Shown here one piece after another: positions 47,904 to 58,502 of a DNA stretch of 64,000 nucleotides; position 1 is the stretch's first letter; each line of letters begins with the position of its first letter. Under the pieces are notes generated by a model. That model was not told the origin of the DNA. It did not search any database and worked only from the letters and a program-made list of their open reading frames with translations. The stretch comes from Candidatus Pacearchaeota archaeon (lineage in GTDB: Archaea; Nanobdellota; Nanobdellia; Pacearchaeales; GW2011-AR1), in NCBI GenBank assembly GCA_050124795.1, contig JASFEO010000001.1, forward strand, positions 26,723 to 90,722. The letters run 5' to 3'. The translations under genes and the position numbers were made by a program.

Positions 47904-48713
47904 TTAGAGATATTTTGCCATTGCCTGAAGAATTTCATATGAAGCTTTTCTTCTGTCATCAACTGTTCCTTTTTTGACGAGAATATTTTTTCCATTTTCT
48001 TTTTCATAAACATTTCCTGCAGTTGTTATTGCTCCGCCAATTATAAGAATTGAATTACTGCAATCCTGAACTGCCAAGTCCGGAGTGTATAATTGTTTTT
48101 GACCTTTTCTTTGAACTCCTGCCCATTTTATCCCTGGCGTAACTTTCTTAAAATCATAACCCATTTTTTCCAGACCTCCTGCTTTACTTGCAGGGCAAAC
48201 AACTCCGTCAAGACCCCATCTCCTTGCAAGTTCTGTTCTTCTCTCAACTAATTCATCATATCTAGTATTTATTCCTTCTTTTTTTAAATCACTGTCATCA
48301 ATGCTTGTTAGAACTGTTACTCCTATAACTCCAGGTCTTTCAATTCCTCTTTCCTGAGCTCCCTTGTATGCTCCTTCAAGAGCTTTTTCACACATTGGTT
48401 CTCCGCTCTCTCCAAGATGAATATTAAAAAAAGAAACTCCTGGAACCGCGCTCGCTTTTGCTGCACCATAAACCGTATTCGGGGTATCATGATATTTTAA
48501 ATCCAAAAATGAGGAACCTTTTTTATTATAAATTTCTCTTACAATTGGGACCCCTTCATTGCATGCAGAAGTATGTAACTCTTTTCCTATTTTGCACATC
48601 CCCACCAAGTCAGACAATTCTCCTGCAAGACTTAATGCTTCAGAAGTTGTTGGAACATCCAAAGCTAAACAAACTCTCTTTCTTGCTTGTTCTTCTTTTT
48701 CTGTTAGTTTCAT
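47904..48713 (-). CDS. pyrF: Orotidine 5'-phosphate decarboxylase
   Basis: CLALDV...KIGKEL...DLKYHDTPNTV...VIGVTVLTS...TPGI...IIGGAI match PyrF motifs. Confidence 0.65.
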   Translation of the reverse strand: MKLTEKEEQARKRVCLALDVPTTSEALSLAGELSDLVGMCKIGKELHTSACNEGVPIVREIYNKKGSSFLDLKYHDTPNTVYGAAKASAVPGVSFFNIHLGESGEPMCEKALEGAYKGAQERGIERPGVIGVTVLTSIDDSDLKKEGINTRYDELVERRTELARRWGLDGVVCPASKAGGLEKMGYDFKKVTPGIKWAGVQRKGQKQLYTPDLAVQDCSNSILIIGGAITTAGNVYEKENGKNILVKKGTVDDRRKASYEILQAMAKYL

Positions 48714-49094
48714 TTTATTTTAGATTATTAATCCAGAAAATTTTTTTGGTTTAAAAGAATTGTTGTTCTACAGAACTATCTTTTTCAATATCCCCTTTCA
48801 TAACCTAAATTATTATTTTGCCCATATCCTTTTTGCTCTTCAATTTTTTTCAACTTTTTAGCATTTTTTAAAAGTGCCTCAAGATTTGCAACTTTTTCCT
48901 TCATAGTTATTGGATTACCTTCTTCTTTCATATAAATATATAGGCATTTACTTTTTTAAATTTTCACTTTTTTTATTAAGAACCTCAAACAACTCTTTTT
49001 CAGATCCATGTAAATTTTTTTCTTCACTTGCGATTAATAATCTTTTAATCAGATTTAATTCCTGTTTTTTAATTTTTATTTTTATTTGATTTAA

Positions 49095-49790
49095 TTATCC
49101 CTTTAAGATTCTCTTAAAAAATAAACTTTCTCTTTCTCCACTGCTCATTTTTTCTAGTTCATAATCTTTTAGTAATTCACATAAACTTTCTTCGCAATCC
49201 CTTACTACTTTTGCTGCTGAAGAAATCCCAGAAACAATAAAAATCATTGAGGAGTTTGAACTTATTATTGTCAGCACTTGCTTGATAACTGCTCTTGGGA
49301 CATCATCTTTTTTAACAAATAAAACATGCTTTTCTATGTTCCCCAGAATATCCAAAATATCTTTTTTAAATTTCTCAACGGAAATTATATTATCTATAAT
49401 TATTCCAATGTATCGGTTGAGGATTCCATTTTCAACGAATTGCGCTATGTGCAATCCTTTAACATCATATTTATTGAAAATTTTCGTTCTAAGGTTTTGC
49501 TTTCTGTCTTCCTCTTTATCCCGTTCGAGACTTCTCAATGTCAAACCCATTTTTAACAAAAAGAGCATTTCTTTATCCTCAATATAAACTTTGTAAAAAG
49601 CTAGTTCTCCTGATTTGTATTGTTCCTTAACTCTTTGGATTGTTTTTTCATCCTGAATAAATGCAAGTTCTTTATCCCTGAATTTAGTTGCTAGTCTTTT
49701 GATAAAATCTTCCCCCCATTGCAAGAATCCTTGTGTTGCTCCTTTTGAAGCGCTTTCTATTGGATCATAAGACATCTCCAAACTCCTCAA
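49095..49790 (-). CDS. Hypothetical protein
   Basis: 231 aa, between mre11 and pyrF; no Walker motif. Confidence 0.35.
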   Translation of the reverse strand: MRSLEMSYDPIESASKGATQGFLQWGEDFIKRLATKFRDKELAFIQDEKTIQRVKEQYKSGELAFYKVYIEDKEMLFLLKMGLTLRSLERDKEEDRKQNLRTKIFNKYDVKGLHIAQFVENGILNRYIGIIIDNIISVEKFKKDILDILGNIEKHVLFVKKDDVPRAVIKQVLTIISSNSSMIFIVSGISSAAKVVRDCEESLCELLKDYELEKMSSGERESLFFKRILKG

Positions 49791-50007
49791 AATATTTAGA
49801 GAGGCTTATTTCATTATCATCTAAAATTATAGTGCTTCCAGGCAGAATAACCATGTTAGCCACTCTAACAGGAATCTCCAAATATTTGTCTAAGATCTTC
49901 TTCCCAGATTCATCTAAAACATACTCTCCATCAGAATCATAGCCTAATTCTTTTAGGAGCTTTATTTTAGATTCCACAGAAACTTGTTTTAATGAAACTA
50001 ACTCCAT
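49765..50007 (-). CDS. Hypothetical small protein
   Basis: 80 aa; overlaps downstream gene start. Confidence 0.3.
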   Translation of the reverse strand: MELVSLKQVSVESKIKLLKELGYDSDGEYVLDESGKKILDKYLEIPVRVANMVILPGSTIILDDNEISLSKYFEEFGDVL

Positions 50008-50061
50008 TTTATTATTTAATAAATTAAATGTATTTAAATATTTAACTTTTATGAATTGTAA

Positions 50062-51222
50062 TTACACCCCAAAAATCTTCCTCGCCTCTTCCATTAAGCG
50101 ATTTGTAAAAACTTCTGCTGTTTCACCTTCCTGCTTTTCAGTTTGCAAAGAATTAATTAATTGAGGAACTAAATCATTAAACTCTGCAGGGTTCTCATCA
50201 TTATAAATTTTAATTGCATCGCGTTCAACATTTTCTGAATCACGAATTTCCCTCTCCAGTTCAATTTCTTTTTGATTAAGTCCGTGAGTATTTCTCAAAA
50301 CAAAATACGCATTTTTTGATTTTGCAAATTCTTCAATCTTCTGAAAATTAATATCTGAATTTTTCCCATTTTCTAACTCTCCTTCAATTCTTAATAAAAC
50401 AATCTTGTCATTTAATTCAACCTTGCTTAATTCTGAAATTATTTTTTCAGTTGCACCAATTGTGTCATTAAATTCAAACTTTAAAGAAAGGATATCTTTA
50501 ATTTTTATTTTTATTTTTTGCAGAGGGTTTTCGCTCTCAGTGTCAACTAAATAAAATCCTCCATATTTTAAGTCTTCTAATTCCTGGAAGTTATTTGGGA
50601 ATAATGGTCCAGGATAGACAAAGTTTTTGTATTGAAAGTCAATGTGCAAGTGACCCATTGCATAATAATCTGCATTTGGCAAATTTTCTGTTTCTATTGA
50701 GTCGATGGGAAGTGTTCCTTTTGCCTTGTCAATTGTTGTGTGAAGTGCGAAAATTTTAAAGAGCCCCGGAGAATCATTTAATTTTATCCGACGCAAATCC
50801 TGAATTTCAAGACCAGACTTTTTTCCAGGATAACCATAAAGCGCAACACCTTTGTAAATTACTGGTTCTAAAATAATTTTTTCTTCATCCTCAACAGAGT
50901 TTGAAATATTTTTGCAAAATCCTGCGCACTCCAAAACATCTAAAAAAGTTTTTCCTGAAACAGAGTAGTCGTGCGAACCTGCAATTATAAAACAATCAAT
51001 CTGCGCCTGGTTTAATTTTCTGAATTCTGCAAAAGTCTCTTTTAGGATTTCAATTCCCGGATATGCTGAGTCAAACAAGTCCCCTGCAATTAAAACAAAG
51101 TCAAGTTTTTTCTCAATGCAAATTGAAATTGCCTGTCTAAAAGCTTCAAAATTTAATTCCTGCATTTCGCGGGTTTTCCATCCACCTAAGTGGACGTCGG
51201 AGATGTGTGCAAAGCGTACCAT
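50062..51222 (-). CDS. mre11: DNA repair nuclease Mre11
   Basis: Calcineurin-like phosphoesterase motifs FAHISDVHLG, AGDLFD, GSHD, GHLH; 386 aa. Confidence 0.85.
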   Translation of the reverse strand: MVRFAHISDVHLGGWKTREMQELNFEAFRQAISICIEKKLDFVLIAGDLFDSAYPGIEILKETFAEFRKLNQAQIDCFIIAGSHDYSVSGKTFLDVLECAGFCKNISNSVEDEEKIILEPVIYKGVALYGYPGKKSGLEIQDLRRIKLNDSPGLFKIFALHTTIDKAKGTLPIDSIETENLPNADYYAMGHLHIDFQYKNFVYPGPLFPNNFQELEDLKYGGFYLVDTESENPLQKIKIKIKDILSLKFEFNDTIGATEKIISELSKVELNDKIVLLRIEGELENGKNSDINFQKIEEFAKSKNAYFVLRNTHGLNQKEIELEREIRDSENVERDAIKIYNDENPAEFNDLVPQLINSLQTEKQEGETAEVFTNRLMEEARKIFGV

Positions 51223-51290
51223 AATTTGAAAAAGACAAAGACAGGTTTATATAATTTTATGTAGTGTTTTTGTGGATTGTTGAGGGGATG

Positions 51291-51914
51291 TTAAACTCCT
51301 TCAAAAAACTTAATAGCAAAATTGCAGAAATCAATTATAACTTCTTTATCTAATTCAAATTCTTTTCTTTTTCCTAAATAATTTTGGCTTGTTGGACTTA
51401 TTTCTTTTCCCTTTTTTAGTTCTTCGTAAGTTATACATTTTATGTGTTTCTTAGATACAATAATAAAATATGCATTTTCAAAAGGATAATTTTTTGGCAA
51501 ATCTTTAAAAGAAAATTCTTCTTTTGCTCTGAATTTTACTTCAACAAAGAATACCTCTTTTCCTTTTTGAACAACAAAATCAGGCATTCTTCTAATATTA
51601 GTTGCAACATCTCCCCGAACGCCTTTTAGCAATTTCATAATTCCCGGAACAGTATTTTCCATACCATATCTAAAAACATTATAATCCAATGACAAAAATA
51701 ATTCTTCAATTAGGGTTTCAGCAATTCTCCCTTTAATCATTCCTTCCCTATATCTACTTTCTTTTTCATCTAAACCACTTTTTTCTTCAATAGGCTCTTC
51801 ATTTGAAATTCCTTTCTGGCAATCTCTACACAATACTTTTCTATAATTATCTTTAGAATAATCATAAACTTTTTTTGTAATCTCTTCTTTGCAATTTGAA
51901 CAATAATAATCCAT
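51291..51914 (-). CDS. Zinc-ribbon + Hjc-like PD-(D/E)xK nuclease
   Basis: N-terminal CSNCKEE...CRDCQKG zinc ribbon; C-terminal RMPDFVVQKGKEVFFVEVKFR (PD...E.K). Confidence 0.5.
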   Translation of the reverse strand: MDYYCSNCKEEITKKVYDYSKDNYRKVLCRDCQKGISNEEPIEEKSGLDEKESRYREGMIKGRIAETLIEELFLSLDYNVFRYGMENTVPGIMKLLKGVRGDVATNIRRMPDFVVQKGKEVFFVEVKFRAKEEFSFKDLPKNYPFENAYFIIVSKKHIKCITYEELKKGKEISPTSQNYLGKRKEFELDKEVIIDFCNFAIKFFEGV

Positions 51915-52046
51915 AATTAAATTTGTAAAATTCGCTTTAAATAATTTTATGTGATAAAATTTAATTTATCATTCTAAATCCTCGAATAACACGCATAAAT
52001 CCCCCCGCCAAAAACCTTAAAAACTATTGTATCATATTAGATACAT

Positions 52047-52625
52047 ATGTATATTAATAAAAACAAAGAACTAAAAGTAATATCTTTATTTAGAAGAAAT
52101 TATAATTCAAGATTTTATTTAAGACAAATAAGCAAGTTGTCAAAACTCCCCCTTAAAACATGCCAGAATATTTTGCATGAATTAGAAACTTCTAAGATCC
52201 TCAAAAGTAAAACAGAAGGAAAAAATAAATATTTTTTTCTGAATCTCGAAATCATAAAAACAAAATTAATTTTGCAGCAGGCAGAGATTTATCAAACAGA
52301 TTTATTCATGGAAAAATATCCTCAATTTAAAATTTTCTTAAAATCAATTAAGGCTCATGCTTTAATTATAATCTTTGGGAGTTTTGCAAAATTTACTGCA
52401 AATAAAAATTCTGATTTGGATTTATTAATTGTTTCTAACAAAAAAGTCGAACTACCTTTTCATTTGCTTTCATTTAAACCTCATGAAATTAATCTTACTG
52501 AAGAGATTTTCTTAAAATCAATTAAGGAACAGGAAAATTTAATAAAAGAAATTGAGGAAAACCATATAATCCTAAATAATCATTCATTTTATGTAAATGC
52601 AATATGGGAGAATTATGCAAAATAA
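52047..52625 (+). CDS. wHTH + minimal nucleotidyltransferase (MNT) antitoxin-like protein
   Basis: IIFGSFAKFTANKNSDLDLLIVS = GS...D.D nucleotidyltransferase motif. Confidence 0.55.
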   Translation: MYINKNKELKVISLFRRNYNSRFYLRQISKLSKLPLKTCQNILHELETSKILKSKTEGKNKYFFLNLEIIKTKLILQQAEIYQTDLFMEKYPQFKIFLKSIKAHALIIIFGSFAKFTANKNSDLDLLIVSNKKVELPFHLLSFKPHEINLTEEIFLKSIKEQENLIKEIEENHIILNNHSFYVNAIWENYAK

Positions 52626-53082
52626 AAAATTAAATTGGTGCTTTAAAATTAAAGATGGTCTAAAAATAGTTGAACCAAATGAAAGACTTTCAAAATCTTA
52701 TCTTGATAATGCAAAATCTTCTTTACTAAGAGCAAAAAGAAATTTCGAAGAAAAAGATTTTCTCTGGACAACTGTTGCAATTTATTATTCTGAATATTAT
52801 GCGCTTTATTCTTTTCTGCAAAAAATAGGAATAAAATGCGAGAATCATTCGTGTTCAATTTTAGCTGTAAGTATATTATTAGGAGAAGGCAAAATAAAGA
52901 TAATCAATGAACATAAAGAAAAAAGAATAGATGCTCAGTATTACATGAAAGTCGGACAGGAACCAAAAATCAAGATAATGCTCAAAGAGGCACAGGATTT
53001 TATTTCAATGTTTGATGAATTAATTTCCAATCTTTCTGAAAAAGAAATTAAAAATTACAGAAAGAAGTTAGATACTTTTTAG
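52597..53082 (+). CDS. HEPN-domain protein (toxin partner of MNT)
   Basis: Overlaps MNT gene end; helical HEPN-like pattern; weak motif support. Confidence 0.45.
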   Translation: MQYGRIMQNKKLNWCFKIKDGLKIVEPNERLSKSYLDNAKSSLLRAKRNFEEKDFLWTTVAIYYSEYYALYSFLQKIGIKCENHSCSILAVSILLGEGKIKIINEHKEKRIDAQYYMKVGQEPKIKIMLKEAQDFISMFDELISNLSEKEIKNYRKKLDTF

Positions 53083-55185
53083 TTTTTCACTCTTCAAAAA
53101 CAACCCAACTAACCTCAACTCATCATAACTAAATTCTTCATTAAAATAATCATAAATTGGCTTTAATCTTTCAAAACCAAATTTTAGAAATGCATCTTTT
53201 ATTAATTCAAATTTTTCTTTCTCAGGCATCAAATATTCAATATCTAAATTTTCCCCTGAATCAATTAATCTTTCAATATGTTTAACAATTGTGCCTTGTG
53301 TTAAATCCTGCTCTTTTGCAATTTCACTAATTGACATTTTTTTCTCAATAAATTCTTTTGTTTTTTCTTTTCCAAATTTCCCTCTTGTTTTAATTATTCT
53401 TTTCTCATTACTTGAATTCTTTTCTGCATAAGCAGAAATCACCCTTAAAAAAACCTCACCAAACTCCTCTACCTTATGTTTGCCAACTCCCTTAATTTCT
53501 AAAAATTCTTGATTTGTCTTAGGTTTATAATGACTCATTTCAATGAGCGATGCATCACCAAAAATAACAAAAGGCGGAACACCTCGACTTTCTGCAAGTT
53601 TTTTTCTAAGTAATCTCAACTTTTCAAAAAGTTCCTTATCATACTCAAGTTCATTTGCATCTTTTCTCTTTTCAATTACCTCTCTTTCCTTCATTGGAAT
53701 TTTAATCTGGTTTTCATTTTCTAAAAATTCTCTTCCTTCAAAAGTCAAAGACAGCGTCGGATAGTCACCTTCACTTTTATGAATCAAATTTTCATTTACT
53801 AAATATGAAATAATTTCTTTTAATTCTTCAAGTGAATAATCCTTGCATTTACCATACACAAAAAACTTCTTGTGCCAGTCTTTAACATCTTTTTTTCCTA
53901 GCAAAATTTTTGCAATATAGTTTGCTCCAAAATAGGCTTTTGTTAAATCAATCGTCGTCAAAATATCTTTTGAAATTTCTGTAACATCAGTTAAGTCTTT
54001 TTTTGTTAAGCAAATATCGCATGAGTTGCATTTTTCAAATTCCGCCCTTTCACCAAAATAATTTAATAAATATTTTTTTCTGCAAATACGACTCTCAGAA
54101 TAATCAATAATTTTTTGCAAATTCTCTAATTTTTTCTTTTTCACATTTTCATCCTCAATATCTTTAAAGAAAAATTCATGCTTTCGCTTGTCAGCAATTG
54201 AATAAAACAAAACACAGTCGCTGGGCAGTCCGTCCCGGCCAGCCCTTCCAATTTCCTGATAGTATCCTTCTAAAGTTTTTGGAAAAGTATGATGAATCAC
54301 AAGTCGAACATCTGGTTTATCAATTCCCATTCCAAATGCAATAGTTGCAACAATTATGTTTACCTTGTCTTTAATAAAAAGTTCCTGATTATTTTTACGT
54401 TCTTTTTTATCTAACCCAGCATGATAAACAGTTGCACTAAAACCTTTTTCAATTAAATCATTTGCCATTTTCTCAGTCTCTCGTCGCGAAAAACAATAAA
54501 TTATAACTGACTCATTTTTGTAATTCTGCAAAACCTTAGAAATTTTTTCAAATGAATTTTTCTTTTTTCTTAAGATAATATTTAAGTTCTCTCGATTAAA
54601 ACTTGATACAAAAATATTAGGTTCATTTAAATTTAATTCTTCAACAATGTCTTGTCTTACTTTTTCAGTTGCTGTCGCAGTCAGGGCAATAATTGGGATG
54701 CGCGGAAAAGTGTTTCTTAATTCTTTTAAATTCCGATAATCAGGTCTAAAGTCATGTCCCCATTCAGAAATGCAGTGCGCTTCATCAACTGCAATTAAAC
54801 TAAGATTAATTTCTTTTAAGAATTTTTTAAAACCTTCATTTGCAAGTCTTTCAGGAGCAACATAAAGAAGTTTGATTTCTCCATTTAAAATTCTAATTTG
54901 TATGTCTGTAATTTCTGCAAAAGATAATGATGAGTTGATAAATTCTGCTGGAATTCCGTTTGCCTTTAATGAATCAACCTGGTCTTTCATAAGAGCAATC
55001 AGAGGAGAAACAACAAGTGTAACACCGTCGAGTTTTAATGACGGAAACTGATAGCACATGGATTTGCCACCTCCGGTAGGCATTATTACAAAAGTATCTT
55101 TTCCGTCAAGGACGGAATTAATTACCTCTTTTTGCATTGGGCGGAATTCATCATAGCCGAAATATGTTTTTAGAGTTTTTAGCAT
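53068..55185 (-). CDS. recQ: ATP-dependent DNA helicase RecQ
   Basis: 705 aa; motif I PTGGGKS; DEAH-box AVDEAHCISEWGHDFRPDY; Zn-binding Cys cluster; HRDC-like region. Confidence 0.85.
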   Translation of the reverse strand: MLKTLKTYFGYDEFRPMQKEVINSVLDGKDTFVIMPTGGGKSMCYQFPSLKLDGVTLVVSPLIALMKDQVDSLKANGIPAEFINSSLSFAEITDIQIRILNGEIKLLYVAPERLANEGFKKFLKEINLSLIAVDEAHCISEWGHDFRPDYRNLKELRNTFPRIPIIALTATATEKVRQDIVEELNLNEPNIFVSSFNRENLNIILRKKKNSFEKISKVLQNYKNESVIIYCFSRRETEKMANDLIEKGFSATVYHAGLDKKERKNNQELFIKDKVNIIVATIAFGMGIDKPDVRLVIHHTFPKTLEGYYQEIGRAGRDGLPSDCVLFYSIADKRKHEFFFKDIEDENVKKKKLENLQKIIDYSESRICRKKYLLNYFGERAEFEKCNSCDICLTKKDLTDVTEISKDILTTIDLTKAYFGANYIAKILLGKKDVKDWHKKFFVYGKCKDYSLEELKEIISYLVNENLIHKSEGDYPTLSLTFEGREFLENENQIKIPMKEREVIEKRKDANELEYDKELFEKLRLLRKKLAESRGVPPFVIFGDASLIEMSHYKPKTNQEFLEIKGVGKHKVEEFGEVFLRVISAYAEKNSSNEKRIIKTRGKFGKEKTKEFIEKKMSISEIAKEQDLTQGTIVKHIERLIDSGENLDIEYLMPEKEKFELIKDAFLKFGFERLKPIYDYFNEEFSYDELRLVGLFLKSEKLKSI

Positions 55186-55231
55186 AACAAAAAGAAATTA
55201 AAAAGTTGTTTTTATAATTTGTTATAATTAA

Positions 55232-55675
55232 TTGCTTTGCAAAAGAAAGTTTTATAATAATCTCTTCTTTTTTACTTTAATGAAACCAAAAGTTCTCTGC
55301 ATTTGCACAATGGGATTAAACAGAAGTAAATATATTGCAGAATATCTAAGAGAGAAAGGTTATGAAACTCGTTATGGGGGTATTGGACCATGCAGAGTTG
55401 ATCCTGAACCTGCAAATCCTGTAAAGAAAAAAGATTTGGATTGGGCAGATATAATTATTGCTGCAAGAGAGAAACATAAACCAATTCTTAAAAATGATTT
55501 TGGAATTAAAAATAAAAAGATAATTACTTTGGAAGTTAGTGATTCAAGAAAAAAAGCTGCTGAAACTCATCCTGAATTTAAGGACATTGACCAGAAGAAA
55601 TTTAACGAGGTTTGGACTTATCCAAAATTAAGACAAGCTTTAGAAGAGCATTTGCCTTTGGGGAGATATCTTTGA
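55232..55675 (+). CDS. Low-molecular-weight protein-tyrosine phosphatase / ArsC-like
   Basis: CX5R(S) P-loop VLCICTMGLNRSKYIAE; likely start at internal MKPKV. Confidence 0.55.
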   Translation: MLCKRKFYNNLFFFTLMKPKVLCICTMGLNRSKYIAEYLREKGYETRYGGIGPCRVDPEPANPVKKKDLDWADIIIAAREKHKPILKNDFGIKNKKIITLEVSDSRKKAAETHPEFKDIDQKKFNEVWTYPKLRQALEEHLPLGRYL

Positions 55676-55814
55676 TTTAAAATTAGAAATATAAACTTTT
55701 CGCGAGATTAAGATCCCTCACTCCTTGATCATTTAGTGCAGCCCTAAAAATTTTCTACAGAAAATTTTTACTTAGTAACATTTAAATATCTCTCATTTTT
55801 CTTTTCATAAAAGT

Positions 55815-57317
55815 GTGAGTAAAATGAGGACAAATATTCTTTTTGGCGGAGCAGCAGGACAAGGACCAAATATATTAACTCAAGTTTTAGGAGACGCATT
55901 AGTGAAACAAGGTTATTATGTTTTTTATTCTCGTGATTATCAGTCATTAATTCGCGGGGGTCATAACTTTAATGTCCTAACTTTTTCTGAAAATCCTGTT
56001 CACAGCAATGATTCAAAAATTGACATCTTAGTTTGCTTGGATGAAAAAACAGAAAACATTCATAAATCCGAATTAAAAAAAGATGCAGTTGTCCTAAAGG
56101 GGAGTAAAGAGAATATGTATTATGCAGGAAGGATTTTCAAACTTCTTTGCATGGATTTCAAACTTCTTGAAGAGCAGTTTAAATTATTAAAACATAGATT
56201 TGATGAAAATATGAAAGAAGCAAAAAAAGGTTATGACGAAGAAACAAAAAAAGTTTGCGAAGTTAGATATAAAAAAAGTAATCTTAAATTAATGAACGGA
56301 AGTCGCGCAGTTGCATTGGGCGCAGTTAAATCTGGAATTGATGTTTATTATGCTTATCCAATGACCCCCTCAACAGGTGTTTTAAGAGAATTAGCACAAA
56401 TGCAAAAGGAAAATAATTTTTTCGTGCATGAACCTGAAAATGAAATCGCAGGAATCAACATGGCAATTGGCTCAAGTATTACAGGCGCAAAAGTCATGAC
56501 AGGAACTTCAGGAGGAGGTTTTGACTTAATGACTGAAAGTTTAAGTTTAGCCGGAATGATTGATATACCTTTAGTAATTTATTTGTCTCAAAGACCGGGG
56601 CCTGCAACAGGTGTACCCACTTACACTTCGCAAGGAGACTTAAACACTGCAAGATTTTCAGGACACGGAGAATTTCCAAGAATGCTTTTAGCACCCGGGG
56701 ACATTGTTGAATCTGAAGAATTAACTAATCAGGCATTTTACTTTGCAAACAAATTCAAAATTCCTGCGATTATAATTAATGACAAGCACTTAGCTGAGAG
56801 TGGTTATTCAACACTGGATAATCCAAAAATTGTAAAATCTCAAAAAAACACACCTTTAGCAAGACATAGTGGAAATGAAACAAATAAAGAGGGAATCACA
56901 ACAACAAAAATTAATGAAGTGAATTGGAGAGTTGAAACAAGAATGAAAAAAATGGAAGACATGAGAACTGAGGCAAAGAAATTTACAACTCATAAATTTT
57001 ATGGCAAAATGAATTCTAAGAATTTAATTGTTTTCTGGGGCTCAACAAAAGGAGCGATTCTTGATGCAATTGTTGGTTTGGATTGCAAAGCTTTGCAGAT
57101 TCTTTACTTAAAACCTTTTCCAATGGAAATAAAAAAAGAATTAGGAAAAGCAAATAAATTAATTTTAATTGAAAACAATGAGTCAGGCGAACTTGCAAAT
57201 TTAATTGCAGAAAAAACAGGAATATTTTTTCAGGACAAAAATAAAATTCTGCGTTACGACGGAAGACCGTTTTTATATGATGAATTAAAAAAAGAAATTG
57301 AAGGGAGGTTGAAATGA
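55815..57317 (+). CDS. korA: 2-oxoacid:ferredoxin oxidoreductase, fused gamma-alpha subunit
   Basis: N-terminal gamma-like ILFGGAAGQGPNIL...; alpha-like GSRAVALGAVKSGIDVYYAYPMTPST; 500 aa. Confidence 0.8.
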   Translation: MSKMRTNILFGGAAGQGPNILTQVLGDALVKQGYYVFYSRDYQSLIRGGHNFNVLTFSENPVHSNDSKIDILVCLDEKTENIHKSELKKDAVVLKGSKENMYYAGRIFKLLCMDFKLLEEQFKLLKHRFDENMKEAKKGYDEETKKVCEVRYKKSNLKLMNGSRAVALGAVKSGIDVYYAYPMTPSTGVLRELAQMQKENNFFVHEPENEIAGINMAIGSSITGAKVMTGTSGGGFDLMTESLSLAGMIDIPLVIYLSQRPGPATGVPTYTSQGDLNTARFSGHGEFPRMLLAPGDIVESEELTNQAFYFANKFKIPAIIINDKHLAESGYSTLDNPKIVKSQKNTPLARHSGNETNKEGITTTKINEVNWRVETRMKKMEDMRTEAKKFTTHKFYGKMNSKNLIVFWGSTKGAILDAIVGLDCKALQILYLKPFPMEIKKELGKANKLILIENNESGELANLIAEKTGIFFQDKNKILRYDGRPFLYDELKKEIEGRLK

Positions 57318-57874
57318 AGTTAACAACTAAAAGATTAATTTTGAGGGATATAAAGAATAGTGATGAAAAAAATTTAATTAAGAATATTAATAATTTAAAA
57401 GTTTCAAAAAATTTATTTGTTGTCCCATACCCTTACACAAAGAAAGATGCAAAATGGTGGATAAATCATTGTAATGGAAAGAAGAAAAATAAAGAAAGCT
57501 ATAATTTTGTTATAGAATTAAAATCTGAAAAAAAATTAATAGGGGGGATTGGTCTTGATAAGCTAGATAAATTTCAGGGCACTACAGAACTTGGATATTG
57601 GCTTGGAGAGAAATATTGGAAACAGAAAATTATGACTGAAGCTGTTAAAGAAATTTTAGATTTCGCATTTGACAAATTAAAATTAAGAAGAGTGGATGTT
57701 CATGCTTATACAGAAAATAAAGCTTCAAATGCTTTGATTAAAAAAATGGGCTTCACTTTCGAAGGGAGGGGGCGGAAGGCTATGAGGGCCAAATCAACAG
57801 GAAAAATTCATGATGCAAATATTTATGGTTTATTAAAATCAGAATGGAAAAAAGCAAGGGGGGAATTAAAATGA
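57314..57874 (+). CDS. GNAT-family N-acetyltransferase (RimL/RimJ-like)
   Basis: TKRLILRDIKNSDEKNLIK... and downstream acetyl-CoA-binding pattern; ATGA overlap with korA stop. Confidence 0.65.
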   Translation: MKLTTKRLILRDIKNSDEKNLIKNINNLKVSKNLFVVPYPYTKKDAKWWINHCNGKKKNKESYNFVIELKSEKKLIGGIGLDKLDKFQGTTELGYWLGEKYWKQKIMTEAVKEILDFAFDKLKLRRVDVHAYTENKASNALIKKMGFTFEGRGRKAMRAKSTGKIHDANIYGLLKSEWKKARGELK

Positions 57875-57914
57875 AATCAAAACATTTAAATAATCTATTG
57901 TATAAACTTATATA

Positions 57915-58172
57915 ATGGCAAATATACTTCATTATCCAAGATTAGACACAATATTAATGATAGAAGAAGCTATTAAAAATTCTGAAGACTATCCTACAAA
58001 AATGCAGCTTTGGAAATCTCTTCCAAAAAAAATACAATATCAAACATTCAAATTAATTCTTCAATATCTTGAGGAATCAAATAAAATTATGTTTCATGAA
58101 GACAAAATTATTTGGGTTTACAATCCTGAGTTGATAAAAAATCTTCATGAGCAGGGATTAATATTAAAATGA
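57915..58172 (+). CDS. Putative antitoxin paired with RelE-like toxin
   Basis: 85 aa; 4-nt overlap with downstream toxin. Confidence 0.35.
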   Translation: MANILHYPRLDTILMIEEAIKNSEDYPTKMQLWKSLPKKIQYQTFKLILQYLEESNKIMFHEDKIIWVYNPELIKNLHEQGLILK

Positions 58173-58501
58173 AAGAAGTGAAAGTTGCATTTATTGATAA
58201 AAAATTAAAAGAATCTTTTGATAAACTTAAAAAAGAAAAAACTTCTGAGAAAGATTTATCCGAATTTCTTGAAAGAGCAATAAAAGATATAAAGAAAAAT
58301 CCGTTTGTGGGTATTCAAATAAAAAAGAAACTTATCCCAAAAGAATACAGGACTAAATATCAGATTCAAAACCTGTGGAAATATAATCTTCCCAATGCAT
58401 GGAGATTAATTTATTCTATACAAAAAGACCATATTTCAATAGTTTGTGTTTTACTTGAATGGTTTAGTCATAAAAAATATGAAAGGAGATTTAAATTTTA
58501 A
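58169..58501 (+). CDS. RelE/ParE-family toxin
   Basis: C-terminal NAWRLIYSIQKDHISIVCVLLEWFSHKKYERR fits the RelE pattern (yRiiY...v.il.ighRkd.Y). Confidence 0.5.
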   Translation: MKEVKVAFIDKKLKESFDKLKKEKTSEKDLSEFLERAIKDIKKNPFVGIQIKKKLIPKEYRTKYQIQNLWKYNLPNAWRLIYSIQKDHISIVCVLLEWFSHKKYERRFKF

Positions 58502-58502
58502 A

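Noticed and set aside
55690-55790. Palindrome AAAATTTTCT-AC-AGAAAATTTT upstream of korA
   Set aside because: Pure A/T palindrome in an AT-rich promoter region; could be a TATA/BRE-overlapping site but is not distinguishable from compositional chance.
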